This document shows positions 50,137 to 64,000 of a stretch of DNA of 64,000 nt, piece by piece. The translations under genes and the position numbers were made by a program. Location: the NCBI GenBank assembly GCA_964016885.1, contig OZ024742.1, positions 353,028,001 through 353,092,000 on the forward strand, written 5' to 3'. Source of the DNA: Eledone cirrhosa (Eukaryota). Below the pieces are notes generated by a model. The model saw only the letters and a list, made by a program, of their open reading frames with translations. It did not search any database and had not been told where the DNA came from. Numbering within the stretch: the stretch's first letter is position 1; every line of letters begins with the position of its first letter.

Positions 50137-50708
50137 TGGTGGCTGCCAATTCGTTTTCGAGTATGGCCACTACTTCATATCCATGTAGGAGAACCCCTAG
50201 CGATGCGCTGAACGAGTGTGACTTTTTAGTCCAGCCAGCGACTTGAAAACTCTGGCACAAACACTACACTTGTGACAATTATTGACACATAGTGTACATG
50301 GCACCATGTGACGACAAGTGCAGAGAGATCTCCAGATACAAAGCAATGCCTGTGCCGTGAAGCTTTTATAGTGAGCAAAGGCACTGCACAAAGCCAGTCC
50401 CACTCTCTTAACCAAGCTGATATTTACCAAAAAGAAGAATAAGTCAACATCATTGGACACCATCAGGTTTGCAGGTGTTATATCAGAGTTTTCCTTCTCC
50501 TAGAATTCTGCCTTGATTTTGGATTGCCATTGACTCTTAAGAGCTCCTCTGCCCTTTGACAGGTTTTGTTTTTAGTCCTGTAGGATGTCCAAAGTCACCC
50601 TCCTCACCAAGAAACCTTAGTGGGTTGCCAGTTTAGTCGCCAATGACCCGACCATGAGACAGGTTGTACTGGGATACATGTTACCAGTAGCACCAAGTGG
50701 TGACCTGA
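50137..50708 (-). mobile_element. Internally deleted RTE-like element in a (TACA)n tract
   Basis: Reverse strand has RTE-like 5' motifs (aaactggcaacccac, ctaggagaaggaaaactctga) joined to a C-terminal C2H2 finger CSVCARVFKSLAGLKSHTRSAH and an (ATGT)n tail. Confidence 0.65.
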
Positions 50709-50758
50709 CATACATACATACATACATACATACATACATACATACATACATACATACA

Positions 50759-50790
<32 letters not shown>

Positions 50791-50802
50791 AATATATATA
50801 TA

Positions 50803-53800
50803 TAAATCAGGAAATATGAGTGACATGGTTTGCTATACAAAAAAAGGTTTTTAATCTCATTGCTGACAATTGTTTCTCTGAACTGTTAGGTCTAGCGATC
50901 GCTATCCGCTTATTTTCGCGTTACTTGATCGCCAATACAAAGTTATAACCAGTCAGTTCATCGGAGCTTGCGAGAATGAAGAGAATATACAGGCATGAAA
51001 ATTATATACAGGCTACTATATGTAGTAGTAATGGCATTGAGTTAGAACAATAACAACAACATCAACAATTCTAGCAATAAATTATTTGAAATAATCACAA
51101 CATCAATCTAGTGGGAAGTATAGTATATCTATGATTTTAGCGTGTAAAACTAGCTGACATGAGGCAGATGAATAAACTTGACATGTAAAAACTGTCGTAG
51201 GTTGTATTATATCAAGTGTAAAGATAAGCTGGTGTTTTTAATCTATGTAGGTCGGGTGGCCGTAATGGTCGGTTTTTATCTGACCGATGAAGTATTTATC
51301 ACTGTAGTGGATTTGTGTGGTCTATAGTAGGTGAGAGGAGTGTCTATATTTCTCATCCTCAATAACATACATGTATAAGACAACACTAACAAAGCTAAAT
51401 AATGGGCAAGTTAATGCAGAGGTTAAGGAGGCAATATACATATACACATACATATATATATACACACACACATGCACACAAATATATATGTATATATACA
51501 CACACACATACAAATACATACATACATACAAAGAGAAAACATGCTGACTATAATTAAAGCAAGAGGAAGGTAAAGTTCTGTTGTAGTAGTATTTTGAAAT
51601 GTTCTTGGATTTAGGATCAAGTGATGACAGCAGCTGAGAAGAGATAAGTTTATGGGTTGATGAGGTACTTACAGATATTAGTGTGGTATAGAAGTAAGAA
51701 GGCTAGAATGTACTTAATTATTATATTTCTGTGGTGATTCGTGCAGAGTAGTGGGTATCCTTGTTGAAAGCTATGTTACGTCGGTTCGATTCACGGAGGT
51801 TTAAAACTTATGAAGTTAGTGGCAATCCTGTGTCTGCAGAAGATCGATCTGTCTAATTTGCTGTTAAGTAGCCTTTTTACATTTCTAAGGATATACAGTA
51901 GTTCTAGATCACATAACCTACAGTGGGACATACCTGTACTGTAGGTTTTAGCAGCCGACAACCTCGACCAGTTGATACTGTAGCTAGTGTTGTTGTCCTT
52001 CAGTTCCCATATTTCTTTTGGCGAGGGTTGTAGAACCCATAAGTGCATGATTTTTCATCGAGTGCCTGTGCACATACCTTTTTTTTTAAATTGAAATAAT
52101 AATAGCGGCTAGAACGACTATGATAACATTTGAAAATAGCTACTGGGTAAGAAGAGATAGGATGAACAGCTTCGATATAACAATGGGATCAAATGACTCT
52201 GCACAAAAAACAGACATCGCGGGGCTATTCATAGCACACAACCTACATACGGAATTCAGTAACCTCCAAGAATGGATTTATAGAGACGACACGTTCCTTA
52301 TAGATAAGAACTTAAATAACCAGAGCATGGAAGGATTAAGAAAAAACATTAGAACATTCTTCAAAAAACTAGGCCTAATTATTACCTACGAACTGAACCA
52401 TGAAAGGTAAACTTTCTAGATGTGACTATAAATCTAAATACGGGATTAATAGAATCTTTCCACAAAAATAATGTAAATCTGGCCTACATTAGTTATAACT
52501 CAAACCACCCCAAATCCATGATCAGATCCATAGCACGTAGTATATCCCTTCGAATATCCCGCTTATCCATCAAACCTAGAAACCTTTAACGAACATGCTA
52601 ACTATTATAACGCAGCATTACATAGGGCCGGACATAAAGATAAACTGCAGTATATAGCGAATAAAGACAACGTAAACAATCCTAATAGTAACTATACCAA
52701 CCGCTCACACAAAAATAGAGGTAACTAGACTAGACATAGGGTTAGGCACGTAGCACCTAGAGTGAACGGTCAAAACACTAATAACGTAAACCTAAGAAAC
52801 AATAGAAGAATCAGAGAAAGAAAATACATATGGTTCAACCCAATCTTCAACTCCTCTGTAAAAATCAGACTGCCTTCTACATTCTTTAAACTAATAGATA
52901 AACACTTCCCTATTTCACATAGATATCATAAAATACTCAATAGAAATACTTTGAAAATCTCATACTCTACGGCAGCAAATATAGAATCGCACACACGCTA
53001 GATCAACCACAGAAATATCTCTAGTGAATCAGCCCCACCTATGCGCAAAATATCACCAAATTATAAGCATAAACACATCACAGTATCGCAACCGCAAGCA
53101 CATACAAGCACGCAGCAGCAAAACCCCAATGGCATGAATCAGAACCCACTTATAGTTGAGTACTAAACAGCAGTGTAGAAGCTGCACGAAATAACACCTC
53201 AAACTGCAACTGTCACCTACCGTATAGATGCCCATTGGCGAATAGATGCCTCGATTCGAGCCTAGTGTACATGTGTACGGTCAACTCAGACAACTCCACC
53301 TGGCATTGCATTGGATCCACCGCGGGTACTATTAAAAAAAGATGGTATGTGCACAGGCACTCGATGAAAAATCGTGCACTTATGGGTTCTACAACCTCGC
53401 CAATAAAAAATATCGGAACTGAAGGGCAACAACACTAGCTACAGTATCAACTGGTCGAGGTTGTCGGCTGCTAATACCTACAGTACAGGTATGTCCCACT
53501 GTAGGTTATGTGATCTAGAACTACTGTGTATCCTTAGAAATGTAAAAAGGCTACTTAACAACAAGTTAGAAAGATCTATCTTCTGCAGACAGAGGATCGC
53601 CACTAAATTCATAAAATTTAAACCTCCGTGAATCGAACCGACGTAACATAGCTTTCAACAAGGATACCCACTACTCTGCACGAATCACCACAGAAACGTA
53701 ATGATAAAGTACATTCTAGCCTTCTTAGTTCTATACCACACTAATGTCTGTAAGTATCTCATCAACCCATAAACTTATCTCTTCTCAGCTGCTGTCATCA

Positions 53801-53913
53801 CTTGATCCTAAATCCAAGAACATTACAAAATACTACTACAACAGAAATTTACCTACCTCTTGCTATAATTATAGTCACCATGTTTTCTCTTTGTATGTAT
53901 GTATGTATTTGTA

Positions 53914-53945
<32 letters not shown>

Positions 53946-54792
53946 GGTTTGTGTGCATGTGTGTGTGTATATATATATATGTGTATATGTATCTTGCCTC
54001 CTGGACCTCTGTATTAACTTGCCCATTATTTAGCTTTGTTAGTGTTGTCTTATACATGTATGTTATTGAGGATGAGAAATATAGACAGCCCTCTCATCTA
54101 ATATAGACCACACAAATCCACTACACTGATACATACTTCATCGGTCAGATAAAAACCGACTATTACGGCCACCTGACCTACATTGTTTAAATACACCAGC
54201 TTATCTTTACACTTGATATGATACACCCTACGACAGTTTTTACATGTCAATTTTATACATCTGCCTCATGTCAGCTAGTTTTACACGCTAAAATCATAGA
54301 TGTACTATACTACCCACTAGATTGATGTTGTGATTATTTTAATTAATTTATTGCTAGCATTGTTGATATTGTTGCTATTGTTCTAACTGAATGCCATTAC
54401 TACTACATATAGTAGCCTGTATATTCTTTTCATGCCTGTATATTCTCTTCATTCTCGCAAGCTCTGATGAACTGACTGTTTTTAACTTTGTATTGGCGAT
54501 CGAGTAACGCCTAAATAACCGGATAGTGATCTCTAGACCTACCCGTTCAGAGAAACAAGTGTCAGCAATGAGATTAAAAATCGTTTTTGTATAGCAAACT
54601 GTGTCACTCTTCTTTCCTTATTTATTATACCCCAGGTGTTTAAACCATAGGAATTACAGCGTACTCGCAGCATCACCATGGAAACGGCTTGTTGAGTCAA
54701 TTTTAGCCAAGCGTTGATATCATCCAAAACCCGGAGTACCATAACTGATCTACACCTAAGTGAACTGCATATAACTATTATTTGTTACCCCG
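50803..54792. mobile_element. Hydra-clade-like PLE with 1.3-kb inverted arms
   Basis: 50803-52089 is the inverse of 53331-54624. Spacer on + encodes FDITMGSNDSA, IYRDD, WFNPIFN, KISYST, CNC; arms encode the GIY-YIG end (CRLCDLE..CRH). Tail 54625-54792. Confidence 0.93.
54461..54566 (+). ncRNA. Hammerhead ribozyme with about 70-nt stem II insertion (mirror copy 50862-50967 on -)
   Basis: gct-CTGATGA-a-ctga..tcag-a-GAAAC-aagt-GTC-agc; the mirror copy has palindromic ACAATTGT but core CCGATGA. Confidence 0.6.
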
Positions 54793-54846
<54 letters not shown>

Positions 54847-54853
<7 letters not shown>

Positions 54854-54992
54854 AGATCAAAAGATGGTTAAAGGAGTTCCATGTATTTTATTATGCGCAT
54901 TTCAAAAACAAACAATATATATATATATATATATATGGTCCAGAATTAGCCGTCGAAACAGCTTGAGCTCAGCTGTCGGGGTCTTACTGGTT

Positions 54993-54995
<3 letters not shown>
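54847..54995. mobile_element. Two tiny PLE terminus stubs in a TA tract
   Basis: 54847-54914 matches 21879-21946 (short terminus of the 4.1-kb element); 54937-54995 matches the family F short terminus. Confidence 0.75.
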
Positions 54996-55035
<40 letters not shown>

Positions 55036-55053
55036 AGTGGCGAATAACATGGT

Positions 55054-55130
<77 letters not shown>

Positions 55131-55527
55131 ATGTGTGTGTTTGTGTGTGTGTGTTTGTGTATGTCGCCCTGTGTATGTAGTAATACGTTCAGTATACGTT
55201 GTTCCGTATGTGTATATTTACGAGTAAATAGTTGGATACGTGCTTACATATCCCGATGTTGTTATCATTAGTTTGTATTCGTCGTGTTTATTTACCATAA
55301 CTCTCTAGAGATAGTTACTGATAACCCCCGGAAACCATGACGTAGTAACATCAATTAAAGAACGTCAAACTGATTTATATAGAATCTGATTAAATATATT
55401 GTAGTAATATATCTAATTTTAAGATTTGATTTTAGAGTTACGTTTCTGATTGCAGATATATATGATTAGAAATTATACACACATATACTTACCATACACT
55501 CATTCACATGCATACGCACACACACAG

Positions 55528-58298
<2,771 letters not shown>

Positions 58299-58468
58299 TA
58301 TATATATGTATATATATATATATATATATATCTCAGAATAAAGAGAATCAGTGTTGCGAAGAAAGGAATTTATTGGACATATTAAAATTGTTTTACGCGC
58401 GACCAATTCGATGTACGATCGTGGCTCGAGCTTGTCCCCCCAAGATATTCCACATGTAGATTACTGCG

Positions 58469-58516
<48 letters not shown>

Positions 58517-58520
<4 letters not shown>

Positions 58521-58940
58521 GCAGTGATCTACATGTTGACAATCCTGGAGGGACAAGCACCAAACTTTGGCATTGGGAGCTGGAATAACCCCCGAACAGG
58601 ACGTCACTACCTGGTGCCAAAGGTCCCGTCTTCCACATCTAGAATAGGAAGCAAATATAGCAATAGTCTGGTGTTCGAGGGCCCTCAACGCTTCAACGAG
58701 CTGCCGAGGGACTGAGAGATATGCATGGTGTGGATGTGGATGTTTTCAAGAAACATCCCGACACATTGGTATTCAAGATCTCGGATGAGTCCACAGCAAG
58801 GCACGATGGAGACCTAAAGGAAGCAGTGGTCAACCACTACAGGCTGGAGATAAAAAGTGTAGCAACAAGGGCCGTGCCAAAGCATGTTCACAGCCGGATG
58901 GCTGGAAAAATTAAAAGAATATATATAGAAGGAGAGTAAG
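58517..58940 (+). mobile_element. CR1/L2-group LINE 3' fragment
   Basis: YAVIYMLTILEGQAPN..RTGRH..NSLVFEGPQRFNELPRD*RD..VDVFKKH.D.L..ISDE, typical of the post-RT C-terminus. Confidence 0.7.
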
Positions 58941-60790
58941 AACATGTGTGCGTGTGTGTGTGGTGTGTGTGTGTGTGTATGTGTGTATGTGTGTGTGTGT
59001 GTGCGTGTGCGTGTGTGTATGTGTGTGTGTGTGTGTGTATGTGCGTGTGTGTGTGCGTGTGTGCATAACGTACAAGACAGCAATAAAAGTATAAGCAGAG
59101 AGAATTACATATTTTACCATCGTGTGCAACACATATTTAGTAATATTGATGTGAAGTAACATTCAGAGTTATTGCTGCTCCTGTGTATTTGAAACTGTGA
59201 TGCGACACACAGTAAGGTTTAGCTTACAATACCAGTTACAATATGTAGATCGTTATGTATATAAATTCGAAAGTAAAGCAACATGGAAACATATACAGCG
59301 ACTACAGCTTTACTAGCATAAAATCTAATCGTATTACTAGGAATGAAAGAAATGAATTAATATCTATAATAACTGAAACTAGAATATCAACCCGGAGAAG
59401 TGGGATTTGACACATTTACGTGCCACAAATTAAGTGCCAATAAGCCCCGATTATAAGGTTGCTGGAATCTAAACTATAGCAAAGTAAGGTGTGCGGGACT
59501 GCGTCCAAAATATGTATTTTTTATCCCATGTGTAAAATAAGTTGGATTACTTTGATGGATTACTTAAATGAACATTCATATAATTCCGTCACAAATTTTA
59601 TCCTAATGCGTTTTATATATAATATCGTCTTTTTTAAATGTATCATGGATTACGTTACTGATTACATAAGACAGTGTAACACAGTCTTCGTTCAATTTCT
59701 GTGTATATTGTCAATTACGATTTTATTTCATGTATCATATCTACATACATATATACTTGCGTATAATATAAATATACACATTACACGTGCTAGCAGAAAA
59801 CCACCCGAACGGTGGCTTTTCTGCTAGTACACATAATGAGCGAGATATTCTAACCTGACAATGGAGACCCAAAGTATTATCCTTACAACCCCATAATATC
59901 ATGAAAACCGAAGCACCATCTCTGGTAGGATGGGGAATGTAAGTAACTCGCCCCTATGTCCATCCCGTCCCGCATGACTTCCTGTCCTTTTCTCTTTTCT
60001 AAAACCCGGAAGTTCTAAGTTTTAGTTTCATAGATAAACTTGGTTGGATTCTGTTCTCAAAGGAATCATTGTCGTTTTCTCAAAGGCAGCACGTATATTG
60101 CTAAAAATCTGACACCTCGAGACAGGAATTTACCGAAAAACCGGAACGGGCGCACAGCTTTGACGATTTCAGATATACGCATTTTGAACGGCCAAGAATG
60201 TAAACCAAAATGGAAGTGCTCTTTAGGGAAGATATTCAAAGATAGTTGATGTTGTTGCACTTGGAAGTTAAACTGGTATTTCAGGACCACATCAATAATT
60301 TATGGAGTGTGTTCATAGTAGTGGCTGTCTATTATAATTATTGTTCAATTATCGTGTCTTATATCTACTAAATGTCACATTTATTAATCAATGTTTGGAT
60401 TTTCAACAGAATAGTAAGTATTCAGTTACGAAATCGCCATTTGCTTTCGTAATGATAGATATTAATTGCTAGACATTGCCAATTGACCAGTTCTATCTTG
60501 CACATCAATTTATTTTATATTATATTTATGTGCATATTAAGTAAGCCAAACGTTGCGAAACACTTCAGATTAATGAAATAAAAACGTTCTATAAAAGACA
60601 GTTTCATCGTAGTCTCTATCTGTCATATCGCAAATCAAACAACTGTTTATTGTAAATAAAACAGATATCTATATGTGTTAACGTGTATGATGTGGAACAC
60701 AGCTATACACAAGTCGTTCTCCGTTACTTATAAATTCAGTTACATGTAACGACAAGAGTTATACAGCTACAGTTACAATACATATATATA

Positions 60791-60857
<67 letters not shown>

Positions 60858-60973
60858 GTATATATTTATATATATATACATATATATATATACACATATA
60901 TATAAAGGAAATATCTGTCTCTTTGTTGAATATAAGTCACCAATTTGGTTAAGGAAATGTTGTTGTCACCAGA

Positions 60974-61414
60974 TTTAGCGGAGAAGTATTTAGAAGTTGG
61001 TACGGTTGCCACGAGGAACCAGGTTTGGTAGAGAGATATGATAGGAATATCAACAACGACTTTAGCTTGGTTTTACATTATTTATTAACAGAGGTTGAGC
61101 TGGCATGCCAAGAGAAATAAAATAATTCATTTAAGATTACAAGAGAAAATACGGGCGACTGGCCGAAGGCGTTTTGCCAGGCTCGTAGGTAATGCTTTGT
61201 TGTTACATATTGTTTGCGCTGGCGGACCAAAAGAACAAGCGGTGTTTACCTAGCATGGTCAAGCCTGGAAGTGGTGGCGTCCTCAAATCTTTGCGGGCTA
61301 TTTCTCTCTCAGAACGCGTAGGGATACATCCTCTTCTACTGGCGCTGATTGGCTGAGCTGAGCCAAATCACGCACAGAGAATGTATGTGAGCCCGCGGAA
61401 TGTAGGTCACTACA
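60974..61414 (-). mobile_element. Possible LTR of an LTR retrotransposon
   Basis: Reverse strand starts TGTAGTG and ends cgctaaa (imperfect inverted repeat), contains CCAAT and AATAAA, and is followed by tcTGGTGAC (PBS-like). Alternatively tcacc flanks both sides as a 5-bp TSD. Confidence 0.35.
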
Positions 61415-61429
61415 TCACCTCCGAGCAGA

Positions 61430-63158
61430 TTTTCAGCCGAAAACTAACTCCCCCTTTGACGTCCGTATGGGCGCGACGGATTCGGCTGAGGTCACATATC
61501 TTATAGGATTATTCCTACTATTTAAACTCACCGATATGTTTCCCGCATTCGGCGGTGGATTGTACCGTGATGATGGGCTCCTGACCCTCAAAGGGTACAA
61601 CCCCAGTAGTACAGACCGGGTCCACAAACAATTAATCAGCTTCATCCGCGACTGGGGTTTTAAAATCCCTAACCCGAGTAAACTTCCTGGACGTTACCTT
61701 TGACCTCGATAACGATCTGTACTACTCATACAGAAAACCAAACGACAACCTGCACTACATCCACCGCTGGTCGAACCATCCTAGAAACATCACCAATAAT
61801 CTGGTTAAAAACATCTCCCTCCGCATATATCGTTTGTCCGCTAATGAGCCGATATTCTAGGAACATGCGCCTTATTACAATCAGGCCCTCAATCGGAGTG
61901 CTTCCGGGAGGAAATATCCTATAATCCAGCTTCCATTAGCGGAACCAGCAGGCGACACCGCGGCTTACGCAACGTAACGTGGTTCAATCCTCCCCACAAT
62001 GCCGAGGGGACAACACCTATCGGGAAAATGTTCTTTAGGCTCATTGAAAAACACTTTCCACTACAACACCGCTACCACAACATAATAAACAAAAATACCA
62101 TCCAACTCTCCTACAGCACCACACCTAACTTTTCACAAAACAACGTCTCCTCTAACAACAAAAAACTCAACCCCTATGGAAGAAATAACCTAGATAGTAG
62201 TGGAGAACCGACCAGGAGGTGAAACTGTCCTGTTGGATCCCTCGACAACAGATGAAGAGATCGTAATATGATCTACCAGTGCAACGTGAGGACGGACACT
62301 CCAACACAGCTTATATAGGATTAACCGCGTGTGACTTCAAGACCCGGCTATACCAACAGAGACATACTTTCCGAAACACGGCCCGGCGTCACGCCACTAC
62401 ACTTTCGGGCCACATCTGGAACCTTAAAGATAATAATATAACCTACAATCTCACCTGGAGCCTACCTTGCAGAGCCAACTCTTACACGGGAGGACGCCGT
62501 CCGTGTAACTTATGCTCGGAGGAAACTTTACAAATGCTCTTTTCCATGGACCAACTCCTAATCAAGAAAGACGAACTGGTAACTGCATGCAAACACAGAT
62601 TGCGTAGGACCTACCTCGCCCTCAAACCCCATAATGACCCAGGGGGTAGACAAGGGCTGAAACACCCCACTTGCCGACTTTGTAAGGGGTAGCCCCTTCT
62701 TACAAAGTTAGACGTAACTTCCTTTATTATTATTTTTTTATATAATCTTTTTTATATATTTGTTATTGTTTCCTCTATATTTCCTTCTTCCCCTCATCCC
62801 TTCGTAGTCCTAACACCACAGATCTCCTTCTTTGGTGTCTTTCTTTTCACCTTCTCGCCCACCCCGATGTAGCCCTTCGGTTCTCTGTAGCCTCAATACC
62901 CCCACCCCCCTTATTTTATTATAGAATTTGCTGATTGCGCTTTTTAAAGCAGATGTGCTAGACCCGAGATAATTGCGCTCTTCTCTGGTTGCTGCCCCAT
63001 TTCCGTGATTTCTAGATTTCTAAGTGGTATTTCTGCTTTAGTTTCTTGTATATCAGTATTTATTTTGGGGGGAATCTGAATTAATATTTCGTATTAATTT
63101 TTCATATATAGTGTACGATATTTATGTAGATTGTATTATAAGTTATGTATTGTAGCAG

Positions 63159-63195
<37 letters not shown>

Positions 63196-64000
63196 ATTAG
63201 TCTTTTATATATATTGTATGAGTATTTATGTAGATTGTATTAGAATTTATGTATTGTAGCAGTACTTATATATATTGTATTAGTATTCACGTTTCGGGAG
63301 TCTGAATTAATATTTCGTATTAGTTTCCGGATTCTGAATTAATATTTCGTATCAGTTTTTTTTTAGTGTGTTGGCCCTCAACTTTTTGACCTGTCATTGT
63401 AAGAGAGCATTGGCCGATTACTAACTATTGTAGTGATGGTAGAGCCCCTGTAATGATGGCCTCATAAAATTATTTCACTAAAATCTCGTATTTAGTATTA
63501 CTTCCCACTTATTAAACTCTTCTATAGCTTAGCAGTACCAGTGAGATATTTTATTATTGTGGAAGGGGACTAGTAACCAGAAATGTTTTAAATATATTTT
63601 TTTATAATTTTTATATATTTACTCCTCTTTAGATTTACTTATTGTTTCAACTCCCCCCTCCCCTTCTCTAGTATACTTGTTCGACCTTCTATACACTATC
63701 CTTGGAATCTGCTTTAGTTATCACTTTCAATGCTTGACTGAGTTTCCTACACTCCCTCTCCCTCTTTCTTCTACTGGCAAGTTCATCTACCTCTACCTTC
63801 CACAAAATGCCATGATAGATTTATATGTCTTAATAACAAACTTTGACCAATCCTTGTGACAATCGCTTTTACCATGTATGGAATTACCCCCTGAGAAGTT
63901 CGGCTATTCATTTTCATTTAGTCCAGAATTAGCCGTCGGGTCCTACTTCTTCCTATTACCCAGTCTACTACACTAAGTATTGAGTACTTTGGTGCGTTAT
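61430..64000 (+). mobile_element. 5'-truncated decayed Hydra-clade-like PLE ending in the family F terminus
   Basis: FDVRMGATDSAEVTYLIG, GGLYRDDGL, NFLDV, WFNPPHN, KHFP..NKNTIQLSYST, YIGLTACDFKTRLYQ, TTLSGHIWNLKD, CNLCSEE, CKH. 3' region has short repeats and a decayed HHR at 63887-63942; runs off the window. Confidence 0.92.

Noticed and set aside
55313-55350. CTGATAA..GAAAC..GTA motif
   Set aside because: Stem II is absent and the core is mutated; too degenerate to call.

Overview
AT-rich, microsatellite-dense eukaryotic DNA with no convincing host gene. The SINE family and repeat landscape suggest a cephalopod such as Octopus (inference, not verified). Most non-microsatellite sequence is a chain of Penelope-like retroelement (PLE) insertions into (TA)n tracts. 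Two decayed elements look Neptune-like and at least six are Hydra-clade-like RT/GIY-YIG fragments. Several form 1.4-4.8 kb fold-back palindromes, and many ORF-less fold-back end fragments are also present. Reading both strands shows more than 30 type I hammerhead ribozyme (HHR) motifs, intact or decayed, from about 12 sequence families. Two ORF-less tandem families (423 bp and ~525-550 bp monomers, one HHR per monomer) look like retrozymes and carry the same integration signature as the coding PLEs: a (TA)n target, head-to-head arms with both 3' ends outward, and one short and one tail-extended terminus at family-fixed positions. Also present are tRNA-derived SINEs, RTE and CR1-like LINE fragments and a possible LTR. 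All alignments and folds were done by eye, so boundaries are good to a few bp and ribozyme activity is predicted, not shown.
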